Source: an archaeon
Lineage (GTDB): Archaea; Iainarchaeota; Iainarchaeia; Iainarchaeales; 1-14-0-10-31-34
Assembly (NCBI GenBank): GCA_043819075.1
Contig: JBDRFE010000027.1
Location: forward strand, 1 to 11,411
DNA: 11,411 bases
Reading direction: 5' to 3'
Positions 1 to 6,970 of this stretch are shown here, piece by piece. The notes beneath the pieces are model-generated. The model searched no databases, was not told the origin of the DNA, and saw only the letters and a list, made by a program, of their open reading frames with translations. The translations under genes were made by a program, and so were the position numbers. The number at the start of each line of letters is the position of its first letter. Within the stretch, counting starts at the first letter, position 1.

Positions 1-263
1 ATTCGTTCAACCATTTTGCCTAACCATAAATTCATTTCAACCTTGACTTGTCCTTTAATCTGTTTTCCCTTGTCAAGGCTTTTCCTCAGCATATTAACAA
101 TAGTTGCCTTTGGAAAAGGCAAACCCAAGTCATCTGCTTCATCGTCTTCAATGTCTTCCGGAATCGCGGTTTCAGATTCCTGCAATAAGTCTTCTGCCTG
201 CTCTTCAATAGCTTTTTTTTCTTCTTCTTTCTTATTCTTTTCAGCTTTACTTTCTTTTGACAT
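1..263 (-). CDS. Histone-fold protein with Lys/Glu-rich then acidic N-terminal extension (5' part; runs off the window edge)
   Basis: Manual translation from ATG at 263: MSKESKAEKNKKEEEKKAIEEQAEDLLQESETAIPEDIEDDEADDLGLPFPKATIVNMLRKSLDKGKQIKGQVKVEMNLWLGKMVER (87 codons, no stop). GGGGGTA SD-like motif upstream. LPFPKATIVNMLRK resembles helix 1 of archaeal histone/NF-YB/NC2 folds. Confidence 0.7.
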   Translation of the reverse strand, partial: MSKESKAEKNKKEEEKKAIEEQAEDLLQESETAIPEDIEDDEADDLGLPFPKATIVNMLRKSLDKGKQIKGQVKVEMNLWLGKMVER

Positions 264-412
264 CAGTTTATACCCCCAAAAAAATTAAACAAAGAGTGCT
301 GTAAAACTCCATAAAAATAGAATAAGATTCAAAATAAAAAGCCTTACTGCAGGAAAAAGTTAAAGGGTTTAAAAACTTTTGCATCAACTGCAATTAACCC
401 TCCCCCCTGAAT

Positions 413-468
413 GCTTTATCGAGCTGAAAGCGAAGATAATGCTTCGTGACAGCCGAGCGAAATCGGCT
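413..468 (+). repeat. Structured intergenic element copy 1 (two hairpins; lacks the terminal GGGCTGAAGCC)
   Basis: gctttatc-GAGCTGAAAGCGAA-gataatgc (413-442), then TTCG (443-446) and agccga-GCGAAA-tcggct (451-468). Same layout as 5868-5945 and 6971-7009. Confidence 0.75.
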
Positions 469-778
469 AATTAAATCCATATTGGCGGGCAAATAACAGC
501 ACTTCAATTGCAGTTATAATAAAGAAAAAGCCTGCAACATAAGAAATCCATGCGCTGATAACAACAACTGGAAGGGCAGAAAAATCAAATAAGAATGAAA
601 TAAAACTGAATAAATGCAGGGTAAAAAACATTAAAGAAGTGAGAAAAATCCATCGGGTAATAGCCTTTAACTCAGTTGAATTAAATTTCAGTGAACTCAA
701 AAAAGATACAACTACTGCAACCAGAATTAAGATTAAACTGGTTACATTCAGCAATGAAGTGAAATTCAGTTCAATCAT
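467..778 (-). CDS. Small integral membrane protein (~3 TM), paralog of 775..1101
   Basis: Three hydrophobic segments, AGGTG SD, ATGA overlap with the upstream gene's stop at 775-778. Confidence 0.85.
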   Translation of the reverse strand: MIELNFTSLLNVTSLILILVAVVVSFLSSLKFNSTELKAITRWIFLTSLMFFTLHLFSFISFLFDFSALPVVVISAWISYVAGFFFIITAIEVLLFARQYGFN

Positions 779-1101
779 TCCAGCACCTTCTTGTTTTTCA
801 TTCCGAATTTCTCTGAAAACCTTAAAGCCTCAAAAGACGTTAAAATTAATCCAATGCTTGTGGCAATCACAAAAAAAGCCCTTACAGCATAAATTAAGTA
901 AATAGGGTAATCAGTGTAAACCATTACTAAAATAAAAAACTGGCCTGAAACAAAAATCAGCAGAGAATAAAAAAAATGAATTAAAATATCTCTTAACTTT
1001 CCTTCATTAAACCTGTATAATGCGCCAAAAAAAAGCATTACAGTAAGTAATGCAATGACAAAACTGATTAAACTTGAAGTAAAATCAAAGCCTAAAGTCA
1101 T
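775..1101 (-). CDS. Small integral membrane protein (~3 TM)
   Basis: Three hydrophobic segments and a basic C-tail, GAGGTAGG SD, ATGA overlap at 1098-1101. Confidence 0.85.
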   Translation of the reverse strand: MTLGFDFTSSLISFVIALLTVMLFFGALYRFNEGKLRDILIHFFYSLLIFVSGQFFILVMVYTDYPIYLIYAVRAFFVIATSIGLILTSFEALRFSEKFGMKNKKVLE

Positions 1102-1655
1102 TTTCCTACCTCAATGATTCTGTCACAGAACTGGCTTACCTGTGCAATCAGCCTTTCATCAACATTTTTCTGCAAAGAAATTAATACCCCTTTAATTTTC
1201 CATTCCCTCATTCTTCCCGTAAGAAAATGCGCAAATTTTGTCACACTCTGCGACTGGTTGTAAATCAGTAAAGTGCTCAAAGAATCAAGGAAAATAAACC
1301 TGTCAGTTGTTTCTTTCATTGCCTTAAATGCTTCTCCTAAAGCAATGCCTAACTCTGTTAAGCTGTTAGGGGAATTAATAAACAAACAGTTTGGAACTTC
1401 TTTTGCTTCACCTACAACTGTCATGGTTATTGCATCAATGAAAAAAATGTTTTTGGTTTTAATCTTGTTTGATTCAAGCAATTCAATCAAGCTGTTAAAA
1501 GGCCTGTTGATTGTAACATAAATTCCTTTTTCGTTTAACTTGTTTGTTAAAATGTTAAGGATTTTAAGGTTTGTTTCAAGATACTTTTTTTCATCAGACA
1601 AAATCAATACAATCTCTTTTTTCTTTACTTTAGACAACTCTTTAATCAAATCCAT
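1098..1655 (-). CDS. Inactivated KaiC/RecA-fold ATPase-like protein (DUF835/DUF7504-like)
   Basis: GIYVTINRP, FFIDAIT and Walker-B-like IFLDSLSTLLIYN motifs; terminal CDRIIEV strand; no GxxxxGK[T/S] Walker A; GGGTG SD. Confidence 0.8.
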   Translation of the reverse strand: MDLIKELSKVKKKEIVLILSDEKKYLETNLKILNILTNKLNEKGIYVTINRPFNSLIELLESNKIKTKNIFFIDAITMTVVGEAKEVPNCLFINSPNSLTELGIALGEAFKAMKETTDRFIFLDSLSTLLIYNQSQSVTKFAHFLTGRMREWKIKGVLISLQKNVDERLIAQVSQFCDRIIEVGK

Positions 1656-1794
1656 TTTCTAGCACCCGTAAAACTTCAATTAAATTCCTTAAATAAAAAC
1701 ACTTTAAAGGTTAATAAGTCTTACTGTAAAAACACAATTAAAATAAAAGGAAAAGCTTAAATTAATCCAAAAACCAATCATATAAGTGATAAAA

Positions 1795-2166
1795 ATGCAA
1801 AAAAATCTTAGGCAAAGGCGCATAACAGGCGGAACACTGTTTGGCAGCTTTAACTTAGGCGCAGGTCATGAAATAAAGGCAAAGCCATTGTACAAACCAG
1901 AAGCCCCTGCAGGAAAAATTAATTTAAATGAAATAGCTGTTTCAAAAAGAAGAACAGACAGAACAGCTTTCAATAAGTTTCTCAGAAAATTTAGTGCAAG
2001 AGTTAACGAAAAAGGAACTCTAGTTAACTCGGATGGAAGTGTTATTCAGGGCGGAGGAACACATGAAAACATTGAAAGAGTAAGAAAAATACTTAAAGCA
2101 ATTCACAGCTGGCAGCCAGAATACAAGCCAACAGACTTGCAGAAAAAGAAAACTAAGAAAAAATAA
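1795..2166 (+). CDS. Hypothetical Lys/Arg-rich protein
   Basis: ORF fills the gap between divergent and convergent neighbours. ATG 1795 follows an AGTGAT SD-like motif (the track's GTG at 1786 lies inside that motif). No recognisable domain. Confidence 0.7.
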   Translation: MQKNLRQRRITGGTLFGSFNLGAGHEIKAKPLYKPEAPAGKINLNEIAVSKRRTDRTAFNKFLRKFSARVNEKGTLVNSDGSVIQGGGTHENIERVRKILKAIHSWQPEYKPTDLQKKKTKKK

Positions 2167-2167
2167 T

Positions 2168-2839
2168 TCACACTATTTTTAAAAGCTCGTTAATGTCTTT
2201 TATTTCAAAATCAGCTTTAATCTTTTTTGAAAAAAACTTTTGCCCATACAATGCAAGACAGGTCTTCATTCCAGCCTGTTTTGCGCCAACAATATCTCTT
2301 TCAGGGTTATCGCCGACAAACAATATTTCTTTTGGCTTTAACTTTAATTCCTTTAAAGCTTTTTCAAAAGGAATTCTGTTTGGCTTTAACAAGCCAGTGT
2401 CATCTAAAGTGACAACAACATCAAAATAATGGGTTAAATTCATTTCAGCTAACCTCAGCCAGGCACGCATTCTTGGAGCATCAGAGACAATGCCTAAAAC
2501 AATATTTTTTTCCTTTAATTTGACTAAAGTGCTTCTCACATGAGGATAAGGAAACAAAAAACCTGACTGCACTCTTCTGTAGGCTGCAATGCCATTGCTT
2601 AAAATCCTGTAATCAATTTTTTTAATAGTTTTTTCAAGAAATTTCTGGAAAATGGTTTGGTCTTCAATGCCATGCTCTCTGAACAACTCAGACAAAATCT
2701 TTCTTGCCTTGTCTTCTTTAATATCTAAGCCTGCGTCAATCATTGCAAGAATTGCGGCATTAGATGATTCAGTTTTCATTCTCATGAAATCAATTAAAGT
2801 ATTATCCAAGTCAAACAAAACAGCTTTTATCTTTCCCAT
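2168..2839 (-). CDS. HAD-superfamily hydrolase, subfamily IA (YjjG/CTE7-like)
   Basis: Motif I FDLDNT, motif II IVSD, motif III KP, motif IV GDNPERD; GAGTGATG SD. Confidence 0.93.
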   Translation of the reverse strand: MGKIKAVLFDLDNTLIDFMRMKTESSNAAILAMIDAGLDIKEDKARKILSELFREHGIEDQTIFQKFLEKTIKKIDYRILSNGIAAYRRVQSGFLFPYPHVRSTLVKLKEKNIVLGIVSDAPRMRAWLRLAEMNLTHYFDVVVTLDDTGLLKPNRIPFEKALKELKLKPKEILFVGDNPERDIVGAKQAGMKTCLALYGQKFFSKKIKADFEIKDINELLKIV

Positions 2840-2845
2840 AACACA

Positions 2846-2941
2846 TCACTCTTCCAAAAAAACATTTATTTTATCCATAAAACCTCACACTTCCCAAAAA
2901 AAACCAGCTTTTTTTCATTAAATCACACTTCCAATAAAAAC
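2846..2941. repeat. Three imperfect ~18-20 bp direct repeats with 38-39 bp period
   Basis: tcactcttccaaaaaaac (2846), tcacacttcccaaaaaaaac (2885), tcacacttccaataaaaac (2923). Confidence 0.5.
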
Positions 2942-3342
2942 AATTCAGTTTTACTGTCTTTTTTTCTTTCAATTTTTTCAGGAAAAACCTGCAAAAAAAC
3001 CTCTAAAGTTGCACCAACTGTCCCAGAAACAAAATGGCCTCCGATTACACTGAAATCTTTTTTTCCTAAAACAATATGCGAGTGAACAAAAGGCTTTCCC
3101 TGCTTTAAAGAAATGTTTCCGGAAAAGCTTAATACTTCAAGGTCTTCTTCAAAAGTTTTGCTTAAATACTTTTTTTCTTCCAGAGAAAAATGCGCTAACT
3201 CGGCTTTATTTAACGCCCCGATTCCATAAAAAAAGCCTGAAAAAACTTTTTTTTCTTCAAGGAATGCAATGAATTCTTCTAAAACACTTTCCCCTGAAAA
3301 AAACCTTAAAACAAACCCAGAAGAAGTTTTTTTGTGTCTCAT
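2923..3342 (-). CDS. PPC-domain / DUF296 protein
   Basis: GIGAL, LEVLSFSGNI, HSHIVLG and GGHF motifs (HxH...H metal site) typical of DUF296. Confidence 0.92.
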   Translation of the reverse strand: MRHKKTSSGFVLRFFSGESVLEEFIAFLEEKKVFSGFFYGIGALNKAELAHFSLEEKKYLSKTFEEDLEVLSFSGNISLKQGKPFVHSHIVLGKKDFSVIGGHFVSGTVGATLEVFLQVFPEKIERKKDSKTELFLLEV

Positions 3343-3404
3343 TTTATCCCTTCAATTTTATTTATTCTGTCCCTTCTTATAAAAAAATAATTTTTTTTAC
3401 TGCA

Positions 3405-3482
3405 TTAACTAACTCCATTCCATTGCTTTCTTTCATACAGTTCAGGCTTTCCCCCTTCAATTGCAGGTTTTAATCCAGGCAT
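3405..3482 (-). pseudogene. 25-codon ORF, possible 5' remnant of a DegT/DnrJ-type aminotransferase
   Basis: MPGLKPAIEGGKPELYERKQWNGVS*. KPAIEGGKP resembles the KLAIxGGxP N-terminus of that family. TTTAAA box about 25 bp upstream on the minus strand. Confidence 0.3.
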
Positions 3483-3546
3483 AATAATAGAGTCTGATAA
3501 AAGCTTTAAAACACTTTTTAACATAGTTTTTTCTGGCTGAAAACAG

Positions 3547-4932
3547 ATGAACATTATTTTGGTTACCGCAGACACTTTAAAGGCAAAAACCCTTGAAATA
3601 GAAAAAAATAATATTCCAAACATTGAATTCCTGAGAAAAAACGGCTTTGAGTTCAGGAACCATTTTGTTTCAAGCCCTTGGACTGGCGCAAGCTTTGCCT
3701 CTTTTTTTACCGGAGCCTATCCAAAACAACATGGGTTCATCCTCAATTGCCCTGAAATAAAAAACTTTTCCGAGCCCCCTCACGAAGAAGAACCTGACGG
3801 GGTTTCATTCAAGTCATTCAACCCAGACAAAGAAAACCATTTCACTAAAACCCTGAAAAAAACCCATTATTGCATTGGAATCCAGGGAAACAGTGTGTGC
3901 CATGAAGAGCGTTTTGGAAGGCACTTTCATGAATACAAAGAAGATTTCAACAGCAGGCTCATGGAAAAGATTTTCAGGTTTTCAAGAAAAATACGTCTTT
4001 TCCCTTTGCTGATGAAAATAAAAAGAATCAAAGACAATGCAAAAGCCAAGTTATTCAAAAACAAATACCAAGAAACCGCAAAATTATTCAATAAAAGAAA
4101 AGCTAATATTCCGGTTTACAAGACCGCAGAAACATTAACTGACAGAACAATAAAAAAAATCAAGGCAAACAAAAACAAAGACTTTTTTTTATGGATTAAT
4201 TTTGTTGACATGCACGCCCCATACACTGACTTATACAATTTAAGCAGCAAGCCGGAATACAAAAAAATTAACTGCAACAAAACAGAATTGTTTGACCTGA
4301 TTTACAACCTGAAAAACAAGTTAACTGAAACAGAAAAAAAATTTGTTGAAGAAAAATATCACGCAAAAATCAGGCTGATTGACAGCCAAATCGGAAGAAT
4401 AATTGAATGCTTAAAAGAAAACAGCCTGTTTGAAAAAACCTCAATAATTTTTTCAAGCGACCACGGAGAAGAATTCTGGGAGCACGGAACAAAAAGAGAC
4501 GACAAATTTTTTTACACCAGAGGCGTATCACACGGCCACACACTATACAACGAGTTAATTAAAGTGCCTTTATTCATTTACAGCTCATCAATTAGCCCAA
4601 AAAAAATAAACAAGTTAACCAGCTGCGTCAACATTTATAACACAGTGCTTGAAATAGCCGGAGCAGAAAAAAACCCTGAGCTTCCTCCTTCTCTTATTGA
4701 CATTGCATTAAACAAAAAAGAAATGGATTATGTGATAGCTGAAAGCATTTTATTCGGAAAAGAAAGAAAAACAGTCATAGACAAAAACAATTTCAAGCTC
4801 ATAAAAGGAACAGAAGACAATAAAACAGAATTATTTGACTTAAACAATGATCCAAAAGAAAAAAACGATATTGCAGAACAAAACCCAAAAAAAACCAAAG
4901 AAATGCTTGACAGGCTTTTCTTTTACATATAA
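3547..4932 (+). CDS. Sulfatase-like hydrolase/transferase (alkaline phosphatase superfamily)
   Basis: NIILVTADTL, SPWTGASFASFFTG, DMHAPY, SSDHGE, HGHTLYNELIKVPL and ELFDLNNDPKEKNDIA motifs. Confidence 0.92.
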   Translation: MNIILVTADTLKAKTLEIEKNNIPNIEFLRKNGFEFRNHFVSSPWTGASFASFFTGAYPKQHGFILNCPEIKNFSEPPHEEEPDGVSFKSFNPDKENHFTKTLKKTHYCIGIQGNSVCHEERFGRHFHEYKEDFNSRLMEKIFRFSRKIRLFPLLMKIKRIKDNAKAKLFKNKYQETAKLFNKRKANIPVYKTAETLTDRTIKKIKANKNKDFFLWINFVDMHAPYTDLYNLSSKPEYKKINCNKTELFDLIYNLKNKLTETEKKFVEEKYHAKIRLIDSQIGRIIECLKENSLFEKTSIIFSSDHGEEFWEHGTKRDDKFFYTRGVSHGHTLYNELIKVPLFIYSSSISPKKINKLTSCVNIYNTVLEIAGAEKNPELPPSLIDIALNKKEMDYVIAESILFGKERKTVIDKNNFKLIKGTEDNKTELFDLNNDPKEKNDIAEQNPKKTKEMLDRLFFYI

Positions 4933-5732
4933 CCCATTGAACGCAGTTTCTGCATCATAAACTGTTTTTCTTTGTCTTGTGCTCTTCCGCTTCTTTCAGC
5001 AATTTTTGTCTTTGATAGTTCGACAACAATTTTTTCAAGTGAATCAGCATTGCTTTCAACCGGAGCACAACAGCACTCGCATCCAATGCTCCTATACCTT
5101 TTTCCTTTTTCCCTGTAACCGGAAAAATATAAGTTCACCATTGGAATGCTTTCTCTTTTAACGTAAGCCCAGACATCTTGTTCAGTCCAGTTAAGCAATG
5201 GATGAATTCTCATGTGCTCGCCTTTTCCTGTCTCGCTTTTATATAAATTCCATACTTCTGCGTCCTGGTCAGAGTAATTCCATTTAAAGTCTTTGCCTCT
5301 CAAAGAAAAAATCCTTTCCTTGCCTCGAATTCCATGCTCGTCTCTTCTTATTCCTAATAAAACTGCCTCTAACTTGTGTTTTTGAATTACTTCCTTGAAT
5401 GCCTCTGTTTTCAGCTGAGAACAGCATTCAAATCTTCCTTTTTCCGGATTCATTCCGGCTTTCAATGCTTTAGAATTTTTTCCAATAATGAGGTTTAAAT
5501 TCCATTCTTTTGAGTACTTGTCTCTGAAATCATAGATTTCTTTGAATTTAAATGAAGTGTCAATGTGAATTACTGGAAAAGGAATTTCTCCAAAAAAAGC
5601 TTTTTTGCATAACCATAATAAAGTTGTTGAATCTTTTCCCATGCTCCAAAGCATTCCGGTTTTCTTGAATTTATTGAAAACTTCTCTTATAATGTAAATG
5701 CTCTGGCTTTCAAGTTCATCCAAGTGATTCAT
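4923..5732 (-). CDS. cysD: Sulfate adenylyltransferase subunit 2
   Basis: N-terminal HLDELESQSIYIIRE, PP-loop SMGKDS, HIDT, LKTEA, HMRIHPLLNWTE, YRSIGC, ERSGRAQDKE and terminal GYM match CysD. Confidence 0.93.
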   Translation of the reverse strand: MNHLDELESQSIYIIREVFNKFKKTGMLWSMGKDSTTLLWLCKKAFFGEIPFPVIHIDTSFKFKEIYDFRDKYSKEWNLNLIIGKNSKALKAGMNPEKGRFECCSQLKTEAFKEVIQKHKLEAVLLGIRRDEHGIRGKERIFSLRGKDFKWNYSDQDAEVWNLYKSETGKGEHMRIHPLLNWTEQDVWAYVKRESIPMVNLYFSGYREKGKRYRSIGCECCCAPVESNADSLEKIVVELSKTKIAERSGRAQDKEKQFMMQKLRSMGYM

Positions 5733-5835
5733 TACCTGAATTTAACTGCAAAACATTTTTTAATCATTTAACTACAAAATTTTTCTGGCTGATGATGATT
5801 TGACGATGACTCCGAGCGCAAGCAATGAAGAAAGA

Positions 5836-5895
5836 TGGGCGGACTGAAGCCAAAATTAGTTTTGCATATTATCGAGGAATTGAATGCAATGAAAT
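5836..5895 (+). repeat. 60-bp direct repeat, left copy
   Basis: tgggcggactgaagccaaaattagttttgcatattatcgaggaattgaatgcaatgaaat; 57/60 identical to 8795-8854. Confidence 0.95.
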
Positions 5896-5906
5896 TCCTC
5901 ACATAT

Positions 5907-5945
5907 TTCGTTGCTCGCGAGCGAAATCGCGAAAGGGCTGAAGCC
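5907..5945 (+). repeat. Structured intergenic element copy 2
   Basis: TTCG (5907-5910), tcgcga-GCGAAA-tcgcga (5915-5932), GGGCTGAAGCC (5935-5945). Preceded by hairpin gaggaatt-GAATGCAATGA-aattcctc (5874-5900). Confidence 0.85.
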
Positions 5946-5950
5946 GCAAT

Positions 5951-5998
5951 ATTTAAATTATGTTCCATATAGTGAACATATGTTCAGTTTAATGAACA
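5951..5998 (+). promoter_or_regulatory. TATA box followed by two tandem palindromic operators TGTTC-N8-GAACA
   Basis: TTTAAAT at 5952-5958; tgttc-catatagt-gaaca (5961-5978) and tgttc-agtttaat-gaaca (5981-5998), period 20 bp, directly before a wHTH gene. Confidence 0.75.
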
Positions 5999-6006
5999 GT
6001 GGTTTT

Positions 6007-6621
6007 ATGAGCTTAATGCAGCAATCAATAAATTCCAAATCAAAAATTTTATTGCTTGAAAAATTGCTGGATAAATCAGGTTCTTTTTCTGTTTCAGAAT
6101 TAGGGCGTTTATCCGGCATCCCAAAAGCAACTGTTTCAGGCATTGTAAATGACTGGGAAAAAGCAGGTTTGGTGCTGGTGGAATACCAAGGCAGAAACAA
6201 ATTAGCCAAAATTAACCAGAAGTTTTATTTACTGCCTGAACTAAAAAAAATCTTCAGGAAAACAAGCGATTTCCAGCAGCCATTGCTTAGCATGCTTGAA
6301 TCCTCTAAACTTCTGAAAAACCCAAAAATAAAAGCAGTGATTGTTTTCGGGTCACGCATCAGGAAAGATTTTTCGCACCACTCTGATTTGGATGTTTTAA
6401 TTGGATTAGAACAAAAGAACAGTGAACTGGAAGAAAAAATCGTGGAAAAATTTGTTAGTGCAACAGCCAGCACAGGCATCAGGTTTTCGCCGGCAATACT
6501 TGATAAAAAAGAAATTAAATCCCGTCTGAAAGAAAAAGACTTGTTTTTTCAAAACATTTTATCAGAAGGAAAAATACTGAAAGGAAGGACTTGGATTGAA
6601 CACCTACAAACAGCACTTTGA
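6007..6621 (+). CDS. wHTH-fused minimal nucleotidyltransferase (MNT antitoxin-like)
   Basis: N-terminal wHTH (FSVSELGRLSGIPKATVSGIVNDWEKAGLV); FGSRIRKDFSHHSDLDV fits GSx10DxD; C-terminal ILSEGKIL. Start moved from 5911 to ATG 6007 because the extension runs through the repeat and promoter. Confidence 0.9.
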   Translation: MSLMQQSINSKSKILLLEKLLDKSGSFSVSELGRLSGIPKATVSGIVNDWEKAGLVLVEYQGRNKLAKINQKFYLLPELKKIFRKTSDFQQPLLSMLESSKLLKNPKIKAVIVFGSRIRKDFSHHSDLDVLIGLEQKNSELEEKIVEKFVSATASTGIRFSPAILDKKEIKSRLKEKDLFFQNILSEGKILKGRTWIEHLQTAL

Positions 6622-6967
6622 TTTGGCTAACGAAAGGTTTCAGGCAGCAGAAGACTTGCTTAAAAAAGAAAAATATCATACAGCAGCACACTTATTTATT
6701 AACGCAGCCATAAACTACCATAATGCGTTATGCCAAAAGTTTTTGAATAAAATACCTTCACACAAACCTCACTCTGACATCAGCAGTTATTTCAACGAAC
6801 TATCACGCTTTTTAGGAGAAGACTCCAAAAAATACCGTGATGCCTATGAATTCCTGATAGCCAACAAAAGCCAGGCAGATTACGGCGTTTACTTTTCTGT
6901 TTCAATGGCCAAACAAATTGAACGCAAAGCAAACAAAATCAAGGAAATAGCAGAAATGCACTTGTAA
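6596..6967 (+). CDS. HEPN-domain protein (partner of the MNT)
   Basis: TTG start overlapping the MNT 3' end by 26 bp; helical pattern ANERFQAAEDLLKKEKYHTAA; conserved His (KPHSD); KSQADY in place of RxxADY. Confidence 0.85.
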   Translation: MNTYKQHFDLANERFQAAEDLLKKEKYHTAAHLFINAAINYHNALCQKFLNKIPSHKPHSDISSYFNELSRFLGEDSKKYRDAYEFLIANKSQADYGVYFSVSMAKQIERKANKIKEIAEMHL

Positions 6968-6970
6968 CAT

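Noticed and set aside
16..288. 90-aa + strand ORF
   Set aside because: Ser/Phe-rich antisense shadow of the minus-strand histone-fold gene, which has an SD and a protein-like sequence.
639..2921. + strand ORFs 639..905, 1273..1521, 2193..2429, 2227..2412, 2652..2921
   Set aside because: Antisense to well-supported genes, with no motifs.
3405..3623. 72-aa minus-strand ORF
   Set aside because: Overlaps the sulfatase start and crosses the promoter region; only the last 25 codons are kept as a possible remnant.
5789..5835. CTGATGA...GAAA as a hammerhead ribozyme core
   Set aside because: No stem II or flanking stems can be formed; the CTGAAG motifs are followed by C, not the required A.
4979..6479. 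ORFs 4979..5161, 5768..5968, 5958..6209, 6225..6479 and the 5911 start for the MNT
   Set aside because: Antisense shadows or frames running through the repeat and operator region.
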